Part shown: positions 11,035 to 23,706 of the stretch, piece after piece
Position numbering within the stretch: position 1 is the first letter of the stretch
Layout: each line of letters starts with the position of its first letter
From: Rotaria sp.
Lineage: Eukaryota
Length of the DNA: 32,000 bases
Reading direction: 5' to 3'
NCBI GenBank assembly: GCA_905250055.1
Contig: CAJNOF010000168.1
Span: 49,332 to 81,331, forward strand
Translations under genes and position numbers: made by a program
Notes under the pieces: model-generated
Database searches by the model: none
The model's input: only the letters and a program-made list of their open reading frames with translations
Told to the model about the DNA's origin: nothing

Positions 11035-11042
11035 TAAAACCG

Positions 11043-11074
11043 AAGCCCACTTCATAAACATATGAAGCGGGCTT
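11043..11074. other. Short hairpin, 14-bp arms with one mismatch
   Basis: aagcccacttcata aaca tatgaagcgggctt. Confidence 0.75.
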
Positions 11075-11380
11075 GACATATTGAAGTACCGATCTTTGAG
11101 AAAAACCTTTTTTGGCCATATCCTGAAAAAAGAAAATAGTTCATAGATTTTTCCTTCAAAATCTAAGATAATTATATAAAATGTTTGACTTTAGTAGGAG
11201 CTAGTCTAAGTAAGCATCAAATAGAACTCAATGCATAGTGTACCTGTAATAAATGAGCGAGCTGTTATGTTTCTTTAAAATTCGGTTTGGTTATACCGAA
11301 GTGAACTGTAGTTTCACCAGATTGTTTTTTTATTTTTTCAGAGAAAGTACGCGAATATAGTGCTCTTCACAAGCTAACAG

Positions 11381-12123
11381 TTAAGAAATATCTCTATAAA
11401 AGCTCAAAGCGAAATTTTTCATAGTATTCTTTGATTCGGCAAGATTCTTCTCATACTCGACGTTAATGTTGAACGTGAACTTGACCATTGGTACATAGTT
11501 GTTGGCAAGCGTATGAACATTACCAAGATTGCCTATACCGCAAGCTAAACGATGAGAACTATCATCAAATGGCATATTATCCATGGTGATAGTCAGATTA
11601 CCATCGAATTTGAAGTGAAAGCATCAAGAACAAGTATGAGTGTTTCTATTGAATCTTCGGCGATATTTATTGGCTTTTGGCAAAAATCTTTTGTTTTATT
11701 AGTAAATGTTCGATAGGCTGCTATAGTATCGAATGGTTGATTATCGTTAGTATTTGGTGAATAAACAATATCTTTCAATACGACTTGCTGATCATTCACC
11801 TTAAACCCGGTAGGCGTCATTTTGAATGATGCTTTGTTAGATTCTATATGAATTTGCATGACTCTATTGTCCTCATTATCAAGTATTATATGAAGAGGTA
11901 TCGATATAACATCTAGTATTGATTCTTGATTTCGACTTCCATAAGTCTTTCGCAACAATGACCAATGTTTGTACTTCAGCTTTTTTATTGTTGCATGTAA
12001 CGTATGAATTTTTTTCAAATCAGCATCTTTGTAGACTGCATTTCTTTGTTCACATTTGATTATCAGACTCTTAAGTTGTTTTTCCAATGTTTTGATTTTA
12101 TTTATATATACTGTCGACATCAT
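11381..12123 (-). pseudogene. Coiled-coil-containing uncharacterised coding segment split by a frame change near 11580-11600
   Basis: ORF 12123-11593 (MMSTVYINKIKTLEKQLKSL...) is followed by ORF 11584-11381, whose frame extends back as FKFDGNLTITMDNMPFDDSSH and overlaps the end of the first. Confidence 0.4.
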
Positions 12124-13178
12124 CGAGTTGACTTGTCTCAGATGCGGACGCCATCCTTATCTAGTCGTATTCTAGAAAGGTGAAATCCATTAGTCACAGA
12201 CTTAGTTTAATTCTTCTGCAAAAAAATATACCGTATCAAAAGCTTCTCATAGTAATAATTCAAGAAAAATGTAGGCAATACTCATACAATCAAAGAATGT
12301 TTGTTTCATAGGTCATACAGAAGTTTTTCATAGTGAATTTTTCTATAATAAGAGCATAATTCGCTAAGACATTGCGACCCGTCAAACATATGTTGATCAA
12401 TTCCTTCGCTTCGTTTTTCTTTTACTAATGCTCATTTCAAGATGGAAGACATGTTGCAAATCTTTTGGATAAATTTTGCTGCATGCAAAGTATAAAATTG
12501 TCGTTTTCATTATTGAAAAGTATTTCTTTCTTAATGTGGCAAGCATGCAGAATCTGCCAGTAAAATGAAAATTTTTCCCGAACGGCAAAATTTTTCGAAA
12601 AAATTTCCTCCGTTATAAAATTCAATTAAAAAAAATGAGATTCTTGCTTCAGATATTTATTCAAAAAGAAACAACTACTAATATTAAACATATTGCAAAT
12701 ACACATTAAAATAAATATGGAAACCTAGGATTTAAATCCGAGTGTTATGTGTACTTCAAAAAGTAAAAACACAGAAGCAATTTCCGTTTAAGTATCTTTG
12801 CAATAGGTGACTTAGCCTTCTTGTTTCTTAATGTTTTGTATACCATTTTGTAGGCCGTGAAATTCTCTATTGAATGGTATATAATAGCTGAGGCTTTGTT
12901 TGATTATGAGAGAACAAATTTTTTTACGAAAACTGTGTTGGGTCAATGTTCGCATAGAACAGTATAGGAAATAATGACATTTTTGCGATAACTCAGCAAT
13001 TTCTTGACGAATCATTCTCATCTTCGAACTTGACCGAGATATTGATGAGACGACTCTGTGTGCAAAATTTCATTACAACTGGACTACCCTTTGAAGAGTT
13101 GTCGTGTAAACGACCGGTCGGTCGGACGCACTGACAGATTCTATCGTGCACTCACTTTTTGAGTACACAAAAAGTGTT

Positions 13179-13493
13179 CTATTCAATAGGGTCTGATTCA
13201 GGTAATCTTGTTATGTGTACTTTTCGTAAACGATTTAAACTAATTGAACCAGAAGAAACAAGTTTCCAAGCTTGATATTGTTCACTGTTTTTATAAAATA
13301 ACCAATTTTTATCTTTCATTGTACTAAAATAATTATCGAGTGAATTTGTGATGATGCAATCAGCCGTATGTAAAGGTGGTGCATTCCAATGTACCATAAC
13401 TTCTTCATCTAATGAACGATTGCTGTGAATGTGCGTTTTTAAGATGGACGACGCTGATTCACACACTGCTTCGCTTCTAAGGTTTAATATCAT
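13179..13493 (-). CDS. Uncharacterised exon, possibly transposon-derived
   Basis: 104-aa ORF RSEAVCESASSILKTHIHSNRSLDEEVMVHWNAPPLHTADCIITNSLDNYF... with acceptor-like cattcctag immediately upstream. Confidence 0.35.
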   Translation of the reverse strand: MILNLRSEAVCESASSILKTHIHSNRSLDEEVMVHWNAPPLHTADCIITNSLDNYFSTMKDKNWLFYKNSEQYQAWKLVSSGSISLNRLRKVHITRLPESDPIE

Positions 13494-14010
13494 CTAGGAA
13501 TGAAAGTATTAAAAATCATGAATACCATCTGTTAGTTTTTTATTACACGGTTCTTTTTCTCTTCATAACACGTAAGCCAATTATGTTTATTAAGATGAAT
13601 GATTTCTATGCGAAATAATTTTCTTTATTCTTCTCGTTTTCAAAATTTTTCGTTTTTCTCTATGATGATGAACAGTCATATGCAACGGTATGAGATCGAT
13701 ATTAACACCAGGAAGACTCTTATACCTACGTATTAGCATTAATAAATTTATTCTAATCAGCAACTATATCAATCAGTATTAATGTGCACCGGTGTCAACT
13801 CTAAAATGACACCCTAATAGTTTCAGAATGAATTTTCTATCTAGTTTGTATACGTATACGCTGGTATAATAGCTCTTGTATGCAACAGCAGGGAACAAAC
13901 AGCAAGTAGTGAAAATATATTAGGGAAAAGTAAAAATGAGCAGAGGAGAACACACCTTATGCGTATTGTATGATGCATAGACACAAAGACCGAGGGTGAA
14001 AGAAGTCACA

Positions 14011-14196
14011 AGGGTGTGGGTGTGGGTGTGGGGTGTGGATGTGGGTGTGGATGTCTTCTATGTTAACCGCACCCACACCCACCCACACTCACACCCGCCC
14101 ACACCCTTATCCACACCCACCCACACCCACCCACACCCACACCCACACCCACACACCCACACCACACCCACCCACACCCACACACCCACACCCACT
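14011..14196. repeat. Telomere-like inverted array: G-rich 14011-14052, spacer, C-rich 14070-14196
   Basis: agggtgtgggtgtgggtgtggggtgtggatgtgggtgtgg, then cacccacacccacccacac...cacccacacccac. Confidence 0.92.
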
Positions 14197-16661
14197 TACG
14201 GTTACAAGCCGTCGAACATCTAAACCAAATATAAATTGTATTTCTTTTTCTACAATCGTTTTTAAGTTATTCAAATTCTTAAATGAAAAATATTTAGGGA
14301 TATCATTTTCTTTTAAAAGAATTTAAAAATCAAATTTCGGAAATTTAAAATTCTTATAAATTAAACAATCAGTTTTGAACAATTTTTTATGGATTTGAAT
14401 TTTTCAAATTCAGGTTTTTAGATATGATGTTTTTTCTAAAGCTAAATTAATAGTCTTTGTTAGTGTTCAAAAGTTGATAATTTAACGGCCGATTTTTTCG
14501 AAAAAAAGATAAAGAAAAATTTAATTGATTAAGATAAAAACTTAATTATTTGTTTTTAAGTTTCGAAGGAACGTTTTTTTACAATTTTATGTTTTTGATT
14601 TTTCGTCCTTTTGATACAATTTTTCTTAGAAAATTACAAAGGTCAGCAAGTAATGCAAACTGTATAGTTTCCGTTCAAGATAACCCAAACCGTACATAAC
14701 ATTTATTACCCTCGTTTTAAGCAAAATTTACTAACTCAAAATTAGCTTGAACCCTTAAGATTGTACTTTTTGGTCGAGTACTCAAAATTTCGATAAGTAT
14801 CGATGAATCGAAGAATCGTTGAGTCGTTGAAACTAAGTCTCCGACAGGGCACTATCTGAGTACTCGGAAATTTGGTAACTATCGAGGGCTCGATAATAGA
14901 ACAGAACGAAAAAAAAAATATTTCACATTTTCGAGCAGTCATCGAGTCCATCGCATGCATTTTAGCGTCTACTTGGGTAGCATAGAATTTAAAAACGATC
15001 TTTATATTAAATATGAGTATGAACTCAATGTTTCGTTATTTACCATTGTTATTTAAGAGAACTAGGACACCAATATTGCTGCACGATGTTAATACCAGTT
15101 TAGGTTTGTCGATTTCAACTTCAGGAGATATTTCCTCGCAAAATGGTCAAATTAAGATAAAGCGGCCGCTCGAGCGGTGCACATCTCTGATAGATACACA
15201 TCAACCCCTTGCGTTAACTATGCTTCTTCTCACCAGAAAAAATATTATTTTGAGTACGTCAGAATGTGCATTGTCAACATAGAATCGTAATTTTTTTTTG
15301 TTAGTTGTTTGTTAAAGTAATGCGTCACCACATTTCGTCATCTCGATATTTCATTACTCTGTTATTTTGATCTCAACTTCACATTCAATTAGTGATCAGC
15401 AATAGACCAGTAGTCTATACAACGGATGTCCTTGGTCATTATTGCATCTCTTTCTTTCATGAATTTGTTCATTTCGCTTCAAACTGAAAGATATTCATTC
15501 TATGCACTACTGATTGAAATGAATAATATTTGAGTTTAAACAGCCAGATATTTCTTGACAAAATGATTGTCAAACATTTTCTGATGTTTTGAGTTAGTCA
15601 TCAAATTAAAGGAAACGTCTAATTTTTTTCAATACTTCTTTGTATGTTTTTAGTATGAAAAAACTGTGAGTGTACAATACTTCGTCCAAAAATTGTGAAT
15701 GTGCTTATTTTCATGAAACGAAAGAACATATAATTGAAACTGAAAATAACAAATTCTAATGACTCATTGCAAATAGTTTAACAAAAAAAAAAGGGATGAG
15801 TCGAATCAAATTAAATTGTGCGAGCAAAGTTCGGAGATAGAGTCGATACGAACAAACAGATGCTTGAATGAACAAATATGGATTTGTCAAGACAATGTCT
15901 ATACGAATGTATTATCTTTTCTCAAATATTTATTTGGGATAGATCATTAGGTGCTAAAAGGTGAAAGAAGTAGACGAATGAAGATGATGATATTACACAT
16001 AGTTTGCTTTTCGAATAAAGTATAATATCTAAAGTTTCCTTCAATAACCATATTTTGATTGTCAGTAAGAGTCTATAACATACGATGATCGATCATATTG
16101 CTGATAATAGAATAAAAAAAGAGGTGGTTTGTAAAAGTTAATAAACCACCACAATGGATAGTCATTGGATGCCAATCTAACTTATTTCTAGAATGATTTA
16201 TCCCGCTGTTTTATTGAAGAACTATCGTTTTGCCGAATTCATTATAAAAAATAATTAGAAACTTCTTTCTCTCTGTTACACATAATTCAGTTTTATGCTG
16301 TCAAGAAGTTTATCAAAAATTTTGAATTTTAAAGTCTGTTAGATTTTTGCTTGTAAGATGTGAGTGTGTATGAAAAAAAAGACCTTCGTCCACAACCACG
16401 CTTTGAGCACACAATGCCGAAGAGCTCGTTGTGCTGAAAGTTACTGAACTAGAACTGGTATTAGCTATAGCATTTACGGTCGATCATGAACTTGTTACTG
16501 GTATCAATCTGTAGGGTAATACGGCTCCTTATTGTTTTTTAACGCTAATTACGGTTTTATGCACGTCAATAACGAACATCTATTCTTGCATATAATAGCG
16601 AGTGTTCTACAACGTCTTGATACAATGAAACACACATCGTAACTGCACGATTTGCATCAGC

Positions 16662-16681
16662 CATCATCATCATCATCATCA
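16662..16681. repeat. (CAT)n microsatellite
   Basis: catcatcatcatcatcatca. Confidence 0.9.
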
Positions 16682-17257
16682 CAGTAATATTGTTCACCTC
16701 CAGCTTTAATTTAGTCTATTTTTTGCTGCATCTTTCTTGTCACTCAAATTTACAAGTTTTCGTATTCTTTCTGTTTTTTTATGCTATTACACTATGGATT
16801 ATTTTTCTTTTTCTTATTGTTTTATTCATATTAGTATTTCTATCATTGTTATCTCCGGTTCTTCTTTTTTCATCTTCGAATATAAGTGCACCCAAATTTT
16901 TGTTGATGAAGAAATATGTTATACGCATACATCTGGTATGTTTTCACACACTTCGTTCTTATTGACATTTGCTTTGCTTTGCTAACACTCAGATTTATTT
17001 TTTTAATAAATACGAAGAGAAAATAAACGTACAGAAGAAATAAAAATAATCTTCTAATAGTGTGTCATATCATAGTATATGTGTTGGTGTATCAACAAAT
17101 AGATAATGACTTCTGCGTTTTATCAATTTTTAGTAGCACAAGACTAGCGTCTTTACATTGCGTAAAAAAACAGTAATAGAAAGAGTATATATACATGTAG
17201 CTATTTTGTTGCATATTCTATCAAACATTTTAGAACTTCTTTAGAAAGAAATTAGCA

Positions 17258-17836
17258 ATGCAAGTGCTCACTTTAGTTGTTTTCGTGATTTGCTGTATTG
17301 GCAGTGCTCAAATTCTGCCAGATAATATGTGAGCCTCCTCGAGTGGCTCATCAAGCACTACAACTTCAACAGCTACGACTAAATCGACTTCAAAACTTAC
17401 CACTAGGCCAACTACAACTTCAAAAGCTACTACTAGATCGACTTCAACTTCAAAACTTACCACTAAACTAAGTACGACTTCAAAAGTTACTACTGGACCA
17501 TCTACTACTTCAAAAGCTACTACTAGACTAACTACAACTTCGAAGGCTACTACTGTACTAAGTACGACTTCAAAAGTTACCACTAGACCGACTTCAACTT
17601 CAAAACTGACCACTAAACAAACTACAACTTCAAAAACTACTACCAAACTAAGTACGACTTCGAAATCTACAACTAAAACAGGAACAACTTCAAAATCTAC
17701 TAGTAGACCATTGACAACAAGTCCTTCATACATCAACTGCTACTTTTGTGGCGATAAAGGTCGTCCATGTCCTCAACCATTCACTCCATTCAATCCAAAT
17801 GTACTAACACTTCCATCATTTAATAGATTCTGTGAG
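17258..17836 (+). CDS. First exon(s) of a secreted, probably GPI-anchored Thr-rich/Cys-rich protein; in-frame TGA at 17330-17332
   Basis: MQVLTLVVFVICCIGSAQILPDNM* then ASSSGSSSTTTSTATTKSTSKLTTRPTTTSKATT...YINCYFCGDKGRPCPQPFTPFNPNVLTLPSFNRFCE in the same frame; donor GAG|GTAAGT at 17836/17837. Confidence 0.7.
17402..17715 (+). repeat. 30-bp coding tandem repeat (10-aa unit TTRPTTTSKA-like), about 10 copies
   Basis: Units such as actaggccaactacaacttcaaaagctact / actagatcgacttcaacttcaaaacttacc / actaaactaagtacgacttcaaaagttact. Confidence 0.92.
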
Positions 17837-18552
17837 GTAAGTAAAAATATAATGAAGTCAGAGTATTTCAAAATAAGTCATTCAACTTGTTCGGATTTCT
17901 CTATTGCTAAATGATTGATAATGTGATGCCAAGGATATGGATAAGGATGAAGAGTAGGGACATCCACACTCCACTATTATAAGTACTTTGAGAAAGAGAT
18001 TTTTTTAATCATTATTCATGACACGTAGTGATTGTGAAAGTCTCAATGTCGCTTTTCCGAAGAAATATATCATGTTAAATTTTGATATAGAGCATATGGT
18101 GATTCATTCATTGTGGGTCTTGTTATGCTTTACTACACTGACTGTTTAAATAATACATTGTAGTGCATCATGAAGACAATCAGGAGTACTATCGAGGTCT
18201 TAAGGACAACCATATTGTTCATCAACTGTAAACATTTACGTTCCCATGGGGCAATTGTGCTCACTCGAGACTACTAATACACACAAATGATCACGAGAGA
18301 GTTATTTGAAAATCTCTAACAGCACCAAGAAAATTTTATTGAAATTCTCTCCAATATTAATGCTCTCTTCTTATACAACCTGCCACTGTTGGCTATATTA
18401 TGAGTTTTATTTGTGGCTACAACTTCTTAGCATACCGATAATTAGGCTTATTATAGTGAAAAGCATAGGTTTGCTTAAAGGTACTGAAGATAAAGAATTT
18501 ATTCTTTGCTTCTCAAGAGAAATCCTATATTTTTAATTTTCTATTATTTCAG

Positions 18553-18780
18553 AAAATCAGCCCGGTGAATGGTAATGGTAATGCGGGGCTTGTTACTCGT
18601 GGACCAGCAAAACCAGGTAATTGCAATAGAAAAGGTTGCTATAAGACAAATATTGAAAATCGACGAATGGAAGTCTGCTGTTGTGACAGAAGTGAGTGTA
18701 ACATGGGTATCAAATCGATCAAATCAACTTGGACACTTGTACTCGGTACTTTCGCAGTGATTTTACTCCGAAAATTTTAA
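18553..18780 (+). CDS. Last exon: Cys-rich Ly6/uPAR-like C-terminus and hydrophobic tail (possible GPI signal)
   Basis: Acceptor ttatttcag|AAAATC; KISPVNGNGNAGLVTRGPAKPGNCNRKGCYKTNIENRRMEVCCCDRSECNMGIKSIKSTWTLVLGTFAVILLRKF*. Confidence 0.68.
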   Translation, partial: KISPVNGNGNAGLVTRGPAKPGNCNRKGCYKTNIENRRMEVCCCDRSECNMGIKSIKSTWTLVLGTFAVILLRKF

Positions 18781-21126
18781 GTGCGACAATGTGCTTTTAT
18801 GTAAGATTTAAAGTTTTATTAATAAAATTAGTGCATGTTTGATACTTAAACAAAATTATATTACATTCACCGCTCAATCCTGATAAGTCTGTCTTGCCTA
18901 TGACGGTTCCTTGCTGGATACAAATTTTGTAGAGCGATTTTCTGAAAAATCGACAATGGGATACAATGAATATTTTTGTTATTTTCATTTATAAGCAAAA
19001 TTGAAGCCGACTGATGTTCTTTTCAACCCAACAGAACCAGTCAATTTAGTATTTAGACCAGTTTTTATTCATTGAACATATCATCCTCGATATTCGCTAA
19101 CACAAAGAATGAAAGAAGAAGTCTTTCAAAAGTTTTTCATCAATTAATTCATAATATATCTATCTTTTGACTCGTTGTGTTTCTTCAAATAAGAATACCA
19201 TTTCTTAAGAAGAATTGATAAGATCGATATTTTCTTATTTAGAACTATTATTTAACATGACCCAAAGACTTTTCAATTCGTATAGAGTATTTAAGAGTAT
19301 CTCCTCTCTTCTTTGTGCAGAACGAATTACCGACAAAGATTCAAAATTATCAAGGCAGATAGATCTCAATAAGCACATGAGTACTCCAAAAAGTGCATAT
19401 TTTTTTTGAATAGAATTTTTTCTGTAGGAACAACAAAAAAAACTCAATCTAAATAGGCGAGCGTATCAAGCCAGAGAAAAAGAGGCGTTCCTATGCTTCT
19501 TTCGAGAAGACCGCGAAAATACACACAGTTCTCTGTATATCTGACATGTAAAGTGGATTTTCAAATTCCAAAATGCACTCACTTCAGATTATACAATGGT
19601 CACAAAAAATTTGGAGCACAAACGAGAGAACACTCTGAATGAAATCTTCAGTATGCCTGTATCTGATCCAGAAAAAGTAAGTGTCCAAAAAGCTACTAAT
19701 CCACTTGGGAACTTCAACTACCCTAGTAACTTATGCGAAAAGACGATAATAACAAGTTCTTTCTCGTGCCAAATATCATTTAATATTATAAGTCTTTTTG
19801 TAAGCAAAGGCAATATAGTAGACTTTAATTACCATAATTCTTAGCAATACACAAAGTCATGTATAAAACCTTAATCCTAAAACTGTCATATCAATCTATT
19901 GAATCCACCCTGACACATATGCAGTTGGTTTAATACTAAGTTTTACTGTTCAACATGTCTTTTGCGTAAGCATGTTAAAAATACTATGTCGGCCTGTTAA
20001 ATTGATGTTTTAAAATAAGAACTACGTGGTATCTACGATTCGAGTTTTTCAAGTTCTACGTCTAATAGAAATTTCAAGGCAAAACAAAATAAAAAGAGTA
20101 ACTAAGGGATCTTACCTTATTTGAATGGATGAAAAAACATAGAAAACAAAAATATCGAAAATAAGAATATGAAGTAAAGATGAACATGTCAGATTGAAGG
20201 TGATAGTGGGAAGATTTGTTCTTCAATATACTCTCATTTTTCAGTGCAGATATTCAGTTGAGTAGAGTCTTGGAATGACTAGATCAGTTTAGTATCATAA
20301 CACTAACTATAGCTTCAGTAACAATAGGTACTACTAATTATTATCTCTAAAGAGATGGCTATGATCAAATGACTGCTGACAATGTGAATATGAGTTCAGA
20401 ATAATAGAAAACTACACATACATCCAATATGAACAGAGATATTGCATCTTTTTGTTTTGAGATCTTGAAAGACTGTATATCCTTGTCTTGAAGATCTAGA
20501 TGACGCCTTCTTAAATAACAAATAGCAGTCGAGATAAGACTTCAGTTATTATATGGGATCTATCAAAATTAGACGAACTCTGAAAATGAATTATAATGTT
20601 AGGTCTTTGTTCTCAAATCACATCTAATACACTGAACTTCGATGCATATCATAAAAGACCGAATATTGAAATTTCGATCTACAAAATTTGCTTACAAAGA
20701 TCTTAGTATTCCTGAAATCTACTGGGAAACTGACTTAAAATCTCTTTTATGATTTCCACATCTCGAGTCAAAAACATTCATATCGATTAATATTCTTCGG
20801 TAGCTGCAAAAGTTCCTAACAACCTAGATCTCAGCTACCACAGGTACTGGAGATCTGAAACTTTTTGTACATATAATTTATCAAGAATGCAGATCAGATT
20901 TATGAGCTCAGCCTGATTACTTAAATAAAACAAGAATTACAATGACTAGAGCCTTTTTTGTTGCAAAGTTTTGAACCGAAAAAAAGCTGCTAACTAAATT
21001 CCGCGTATCTTTTTGTCAAATACATGATACATCACTATATAACTGAAGCACAGTGTAAGATCTTTTTCACTTAAAAGATCAGACTATTCGGTGCAAGATT
21101 ACTGTCTCTAGAGATCTCTGAGTCCT

Positions 21127-21161
21127 TGGGTGTGGGTGTGGGTGTGGCTGTGGATGTGGAT
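21127..21161 (+). repeat. TGTGGG-type G-rich stretch
   Basis: tgggtgtgggtgtgggtgtggctgtggatgtggat. Confidence 0.75.
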
Positions 21162-21483
21162 GTACATCGTCCATTCTATCACGCTCACATCAATATCCTG
21201 TTTTTAATGAAAGAAATACTCAATTTTTAAGAAACCAAATGCTCATCAATTTAAGAGTGTTTCTCTTGAAAAATTGAATTTCTCAATTCTTTTTCTTGGT
21301 TCTTCTTGATTTGAGATCGTTTGTCGTCAATAAGAGTGCTGAAAACGATTTAATTTATACTAATTAAAAAAAAACCTTCATGTAACGTCAAAACAACGAT
21401 GTATATATTGTTATTAATAAAATCAAAGAAAACGAAACATAAAATAACTTTAAAACTTCTTTTATGCTTTATGAAAACTTCGA

Positions 21484-21941
21484 TTATTCCATTCTTTCAT
21501 CATAATGTTCAGCACCATCAATCTTCTTTTCCCAATCCATCATTTCTTTACAAAATAATTCTTTCATTGGCCTCGGTAGTTGATCGATTTCACCGATGAA
21601 TAAACTTAATTGAATAATAATTTTTTTTGGTTTAGTTTCCGGACTTTTTGAATAAACAGGACTACCACATTGACGACAAAAATAACGTTCGGATACACTT
21701 TTTGATTTTGTATCTGTATCATTATATTTTTTAATAATGATTTTTTATCTAATAGATTAACTTTATCTTCAGGTAATATTAAATCTAATGATGCCAATCC
21801 ACCTCCAGCACGATGACAATTTATACAATGACATAATACGATCTGATATGATTTATCGGTTGAACATTCATGAGCCGTTTTAATTTTGATTTCACCACAA
21901 AGACAACGACCAATAATTTCATTAGACGATGATGAAGACAT
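21484..21941 (-). pseudogene. GFA / CENP-V-like (glutathione-dependent formaldehyde-activating fold) Zn-binding protein with an apparent 1-nt frameshift
   Basis: GRCLCGEIKIKTAHE...IVLCHCINCHRAGGG in frame 1. After a T6/A6 run (21727-21732) the other frame gives YNDTDTKSKSVSERYFCRQCGSPVYSKSPETKPKKIIIQLSLFIGEIDQLPRPMKELFCKEMMDWEKKIDGAEHYDERME*. Confidence 0.8.
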
Positions 21942-22051
21942 ATTCGAAGAAGAAATAGGTTATTAAGTATGAATTTGGTACGACGCGAATGAAAGATTAA
22001 CAAGAATATACACATCTATATATATACGATGTAGTTTTGTAATCAGAAGAT

Positions 22052-22136
22052 TTTTCTCTTGCGTTCTTCACTGAAGATTGTACGCAATTGCCCTCGGCAT
22101 ATAGTGAAGAACGTAATAGAAAGAAAATTCTTGTTA
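22052..22136. repeat. Short inverted repeat
   Basis: tttttctcttgcgttcttcactgaa ... tagtgaagaacgtaatagaaagaaaa. Confidence 0.6.
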
Positions 22137-22386
22137 TGCTATTTATATAATAAAAAACTAGAAAATCTAATAAACTTAGGTCGACGAAGCATATATCGAT
22201 AACAATAAACGAACAAACATGATCGAGATGAATTCTTTCATGTAATAGAGATCGAAGCATAACAGTAATAGCTGGTGAAATATAGTTCTACATACGTACT
22301 GTTCCTATTGAAATGCACATATTTCCAGAATTAGTAGCTCGTATGTAGATCAGCTTATACGTCTAAGAAAACACTGTTAAAATCGA

Positions 22387-22498
22387 GGTGGACATGGGTG
22401 TGTGTGGATGTGGGTGTGGAAGTAGGTGTGGGTATCGGTGTCGGTGTTACTTTCATCGACCCACACTAACATTCACACCCACACCCGCACCTACACTC
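22387..22498. repeat. Telomere-like degenerate inverted array: G-rich about 22387-22447, C-rich about 22459-22498
   Basis: ggtggacatgggtgtgtgtggatgtgggtgtgg...ggtgtgggtatcggtgtcgg / cgacccacactaacattcacacccacacccgcacctacac. Confidence 0.8.
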
Positions 22499-22765
22499 CG
22501 AAAATTTCGACACGTGTAGACCATTCTTCTATCTCATGTTTTACTTTTGAGAAACACTCAGCAAGAATTTCTGCCTTTAAAAATAACTTATAATCTATTT
22601 GAACGTTTTCCTATTGTTACCAAAATATAGAATTTTCTCCTTCAATTTTTGTTTGTTAGATACAATTTTCGCTGTAGATCTTGCAATTCAGTTCATTGTC
22701 GGCATAATCTGTGATATTTTTGAGTGAATCGGTGAAACTAGCTTCTTTTATTGTCGTATTTTGGT

Positions 22766-23706
22766 TTAAATCCTTTGAATACCTTGTAAGCTAACTGATT
22801 GAAGTGCCATTTCTGATACTGATGGAGAAATTGTGTCGACTTTGTTAGAGACTATATTACCATGTTTAAAGTTTGTGCTCTCACGGGTAAGAAACAGCAA
22901 GAGGCCCGACACAGATATAAGAAATATGACGCTTAATATGACCATCGTTATTCCTGTGCGAGTAATATTCTTTGCACCTAGTATTATGAGAGCTATGCAA
23001 GGGCTCAATGTAATAAGAGTAACCAGGAGTAGCCTAAAACACAACTTGAGCAAATTCTGCTTTCGTAATGAAAAATCAACAACGTTCATTTCAGTCATCT
23101 CTCTTCCAGGTAGACTTGGCTTCTTTGACTGTAATACGTGGAGTAACAAACGTAAAAAAATATTAATGAACCACCCGAATGCTTTAAGCAATCCACCACA
23201 TAGACCAGCTTGAGTTAGTATATCGACAGTTCCGATATTTTGTTTTATCCATCGATAACAAACGAGACTCTCTAGTGACGCATCGATTCTCATGTCAGAC
23301 GAATTACAAAAAAGATATGTACCGTTAACAGTTGTGTAGCAGTCCATTTCATTGGCCGATGGACATTTACTATTCGGAGAAACATAACGGGTAATGAAAA
23401 TTAGTTCCGATAGAAAAAGGATGAACGTAGCTGTTAAGACAGCTGTTGCCATAATAAATAAGGCCAAAGCAGGTAGAAATCCAAGAGTAGTTGCTGACAA
23501 GCCAATTTGAACACCGTATACATCAATAAATTCCCTGGCGTTACATGGTGTTGCTTCACAGTGTTTAATTGAAAACATTGTTTCAATCATACGATAAAAT
23601 GTTCTAGGACGCCAGCGTATAAGATAGAATAAAACAGCAATGATTACAACACCCAAACCAAAATGTATACTTAAGCTAGCAGCAACATATTCTTGATAAC
23701 TCCAAG
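22766..23706 (-). CDS. Multi-pass (about 5 TM) membrane protein of unknown family, start codon displaced by a transposon insertion
   Basis: WSYQEYVAASLSIHFGLGVVIIAVLFYLIRWRPRTFY...LALFIMATAVLTATFILFLSELIFITRYV...; the frame stays open to the element border at 23706. The listed ORF start (23656) is a TTG. Confidence 0.72.

Noticed and set aside
13996-14326. Two plus-strand ORFs rich in Thr/His/Pro
   Set aside because: They are translations of the TGTGGG/CCCACA array and have no independent coding signal.
17308-17736. 142-aa minus-strand Val/Glu-rich ORF
   Set aside because: Antisense of the Thr-rich tandem repeat. The plus strand has the signal peptide, splice donor and Cys-rich continuation.
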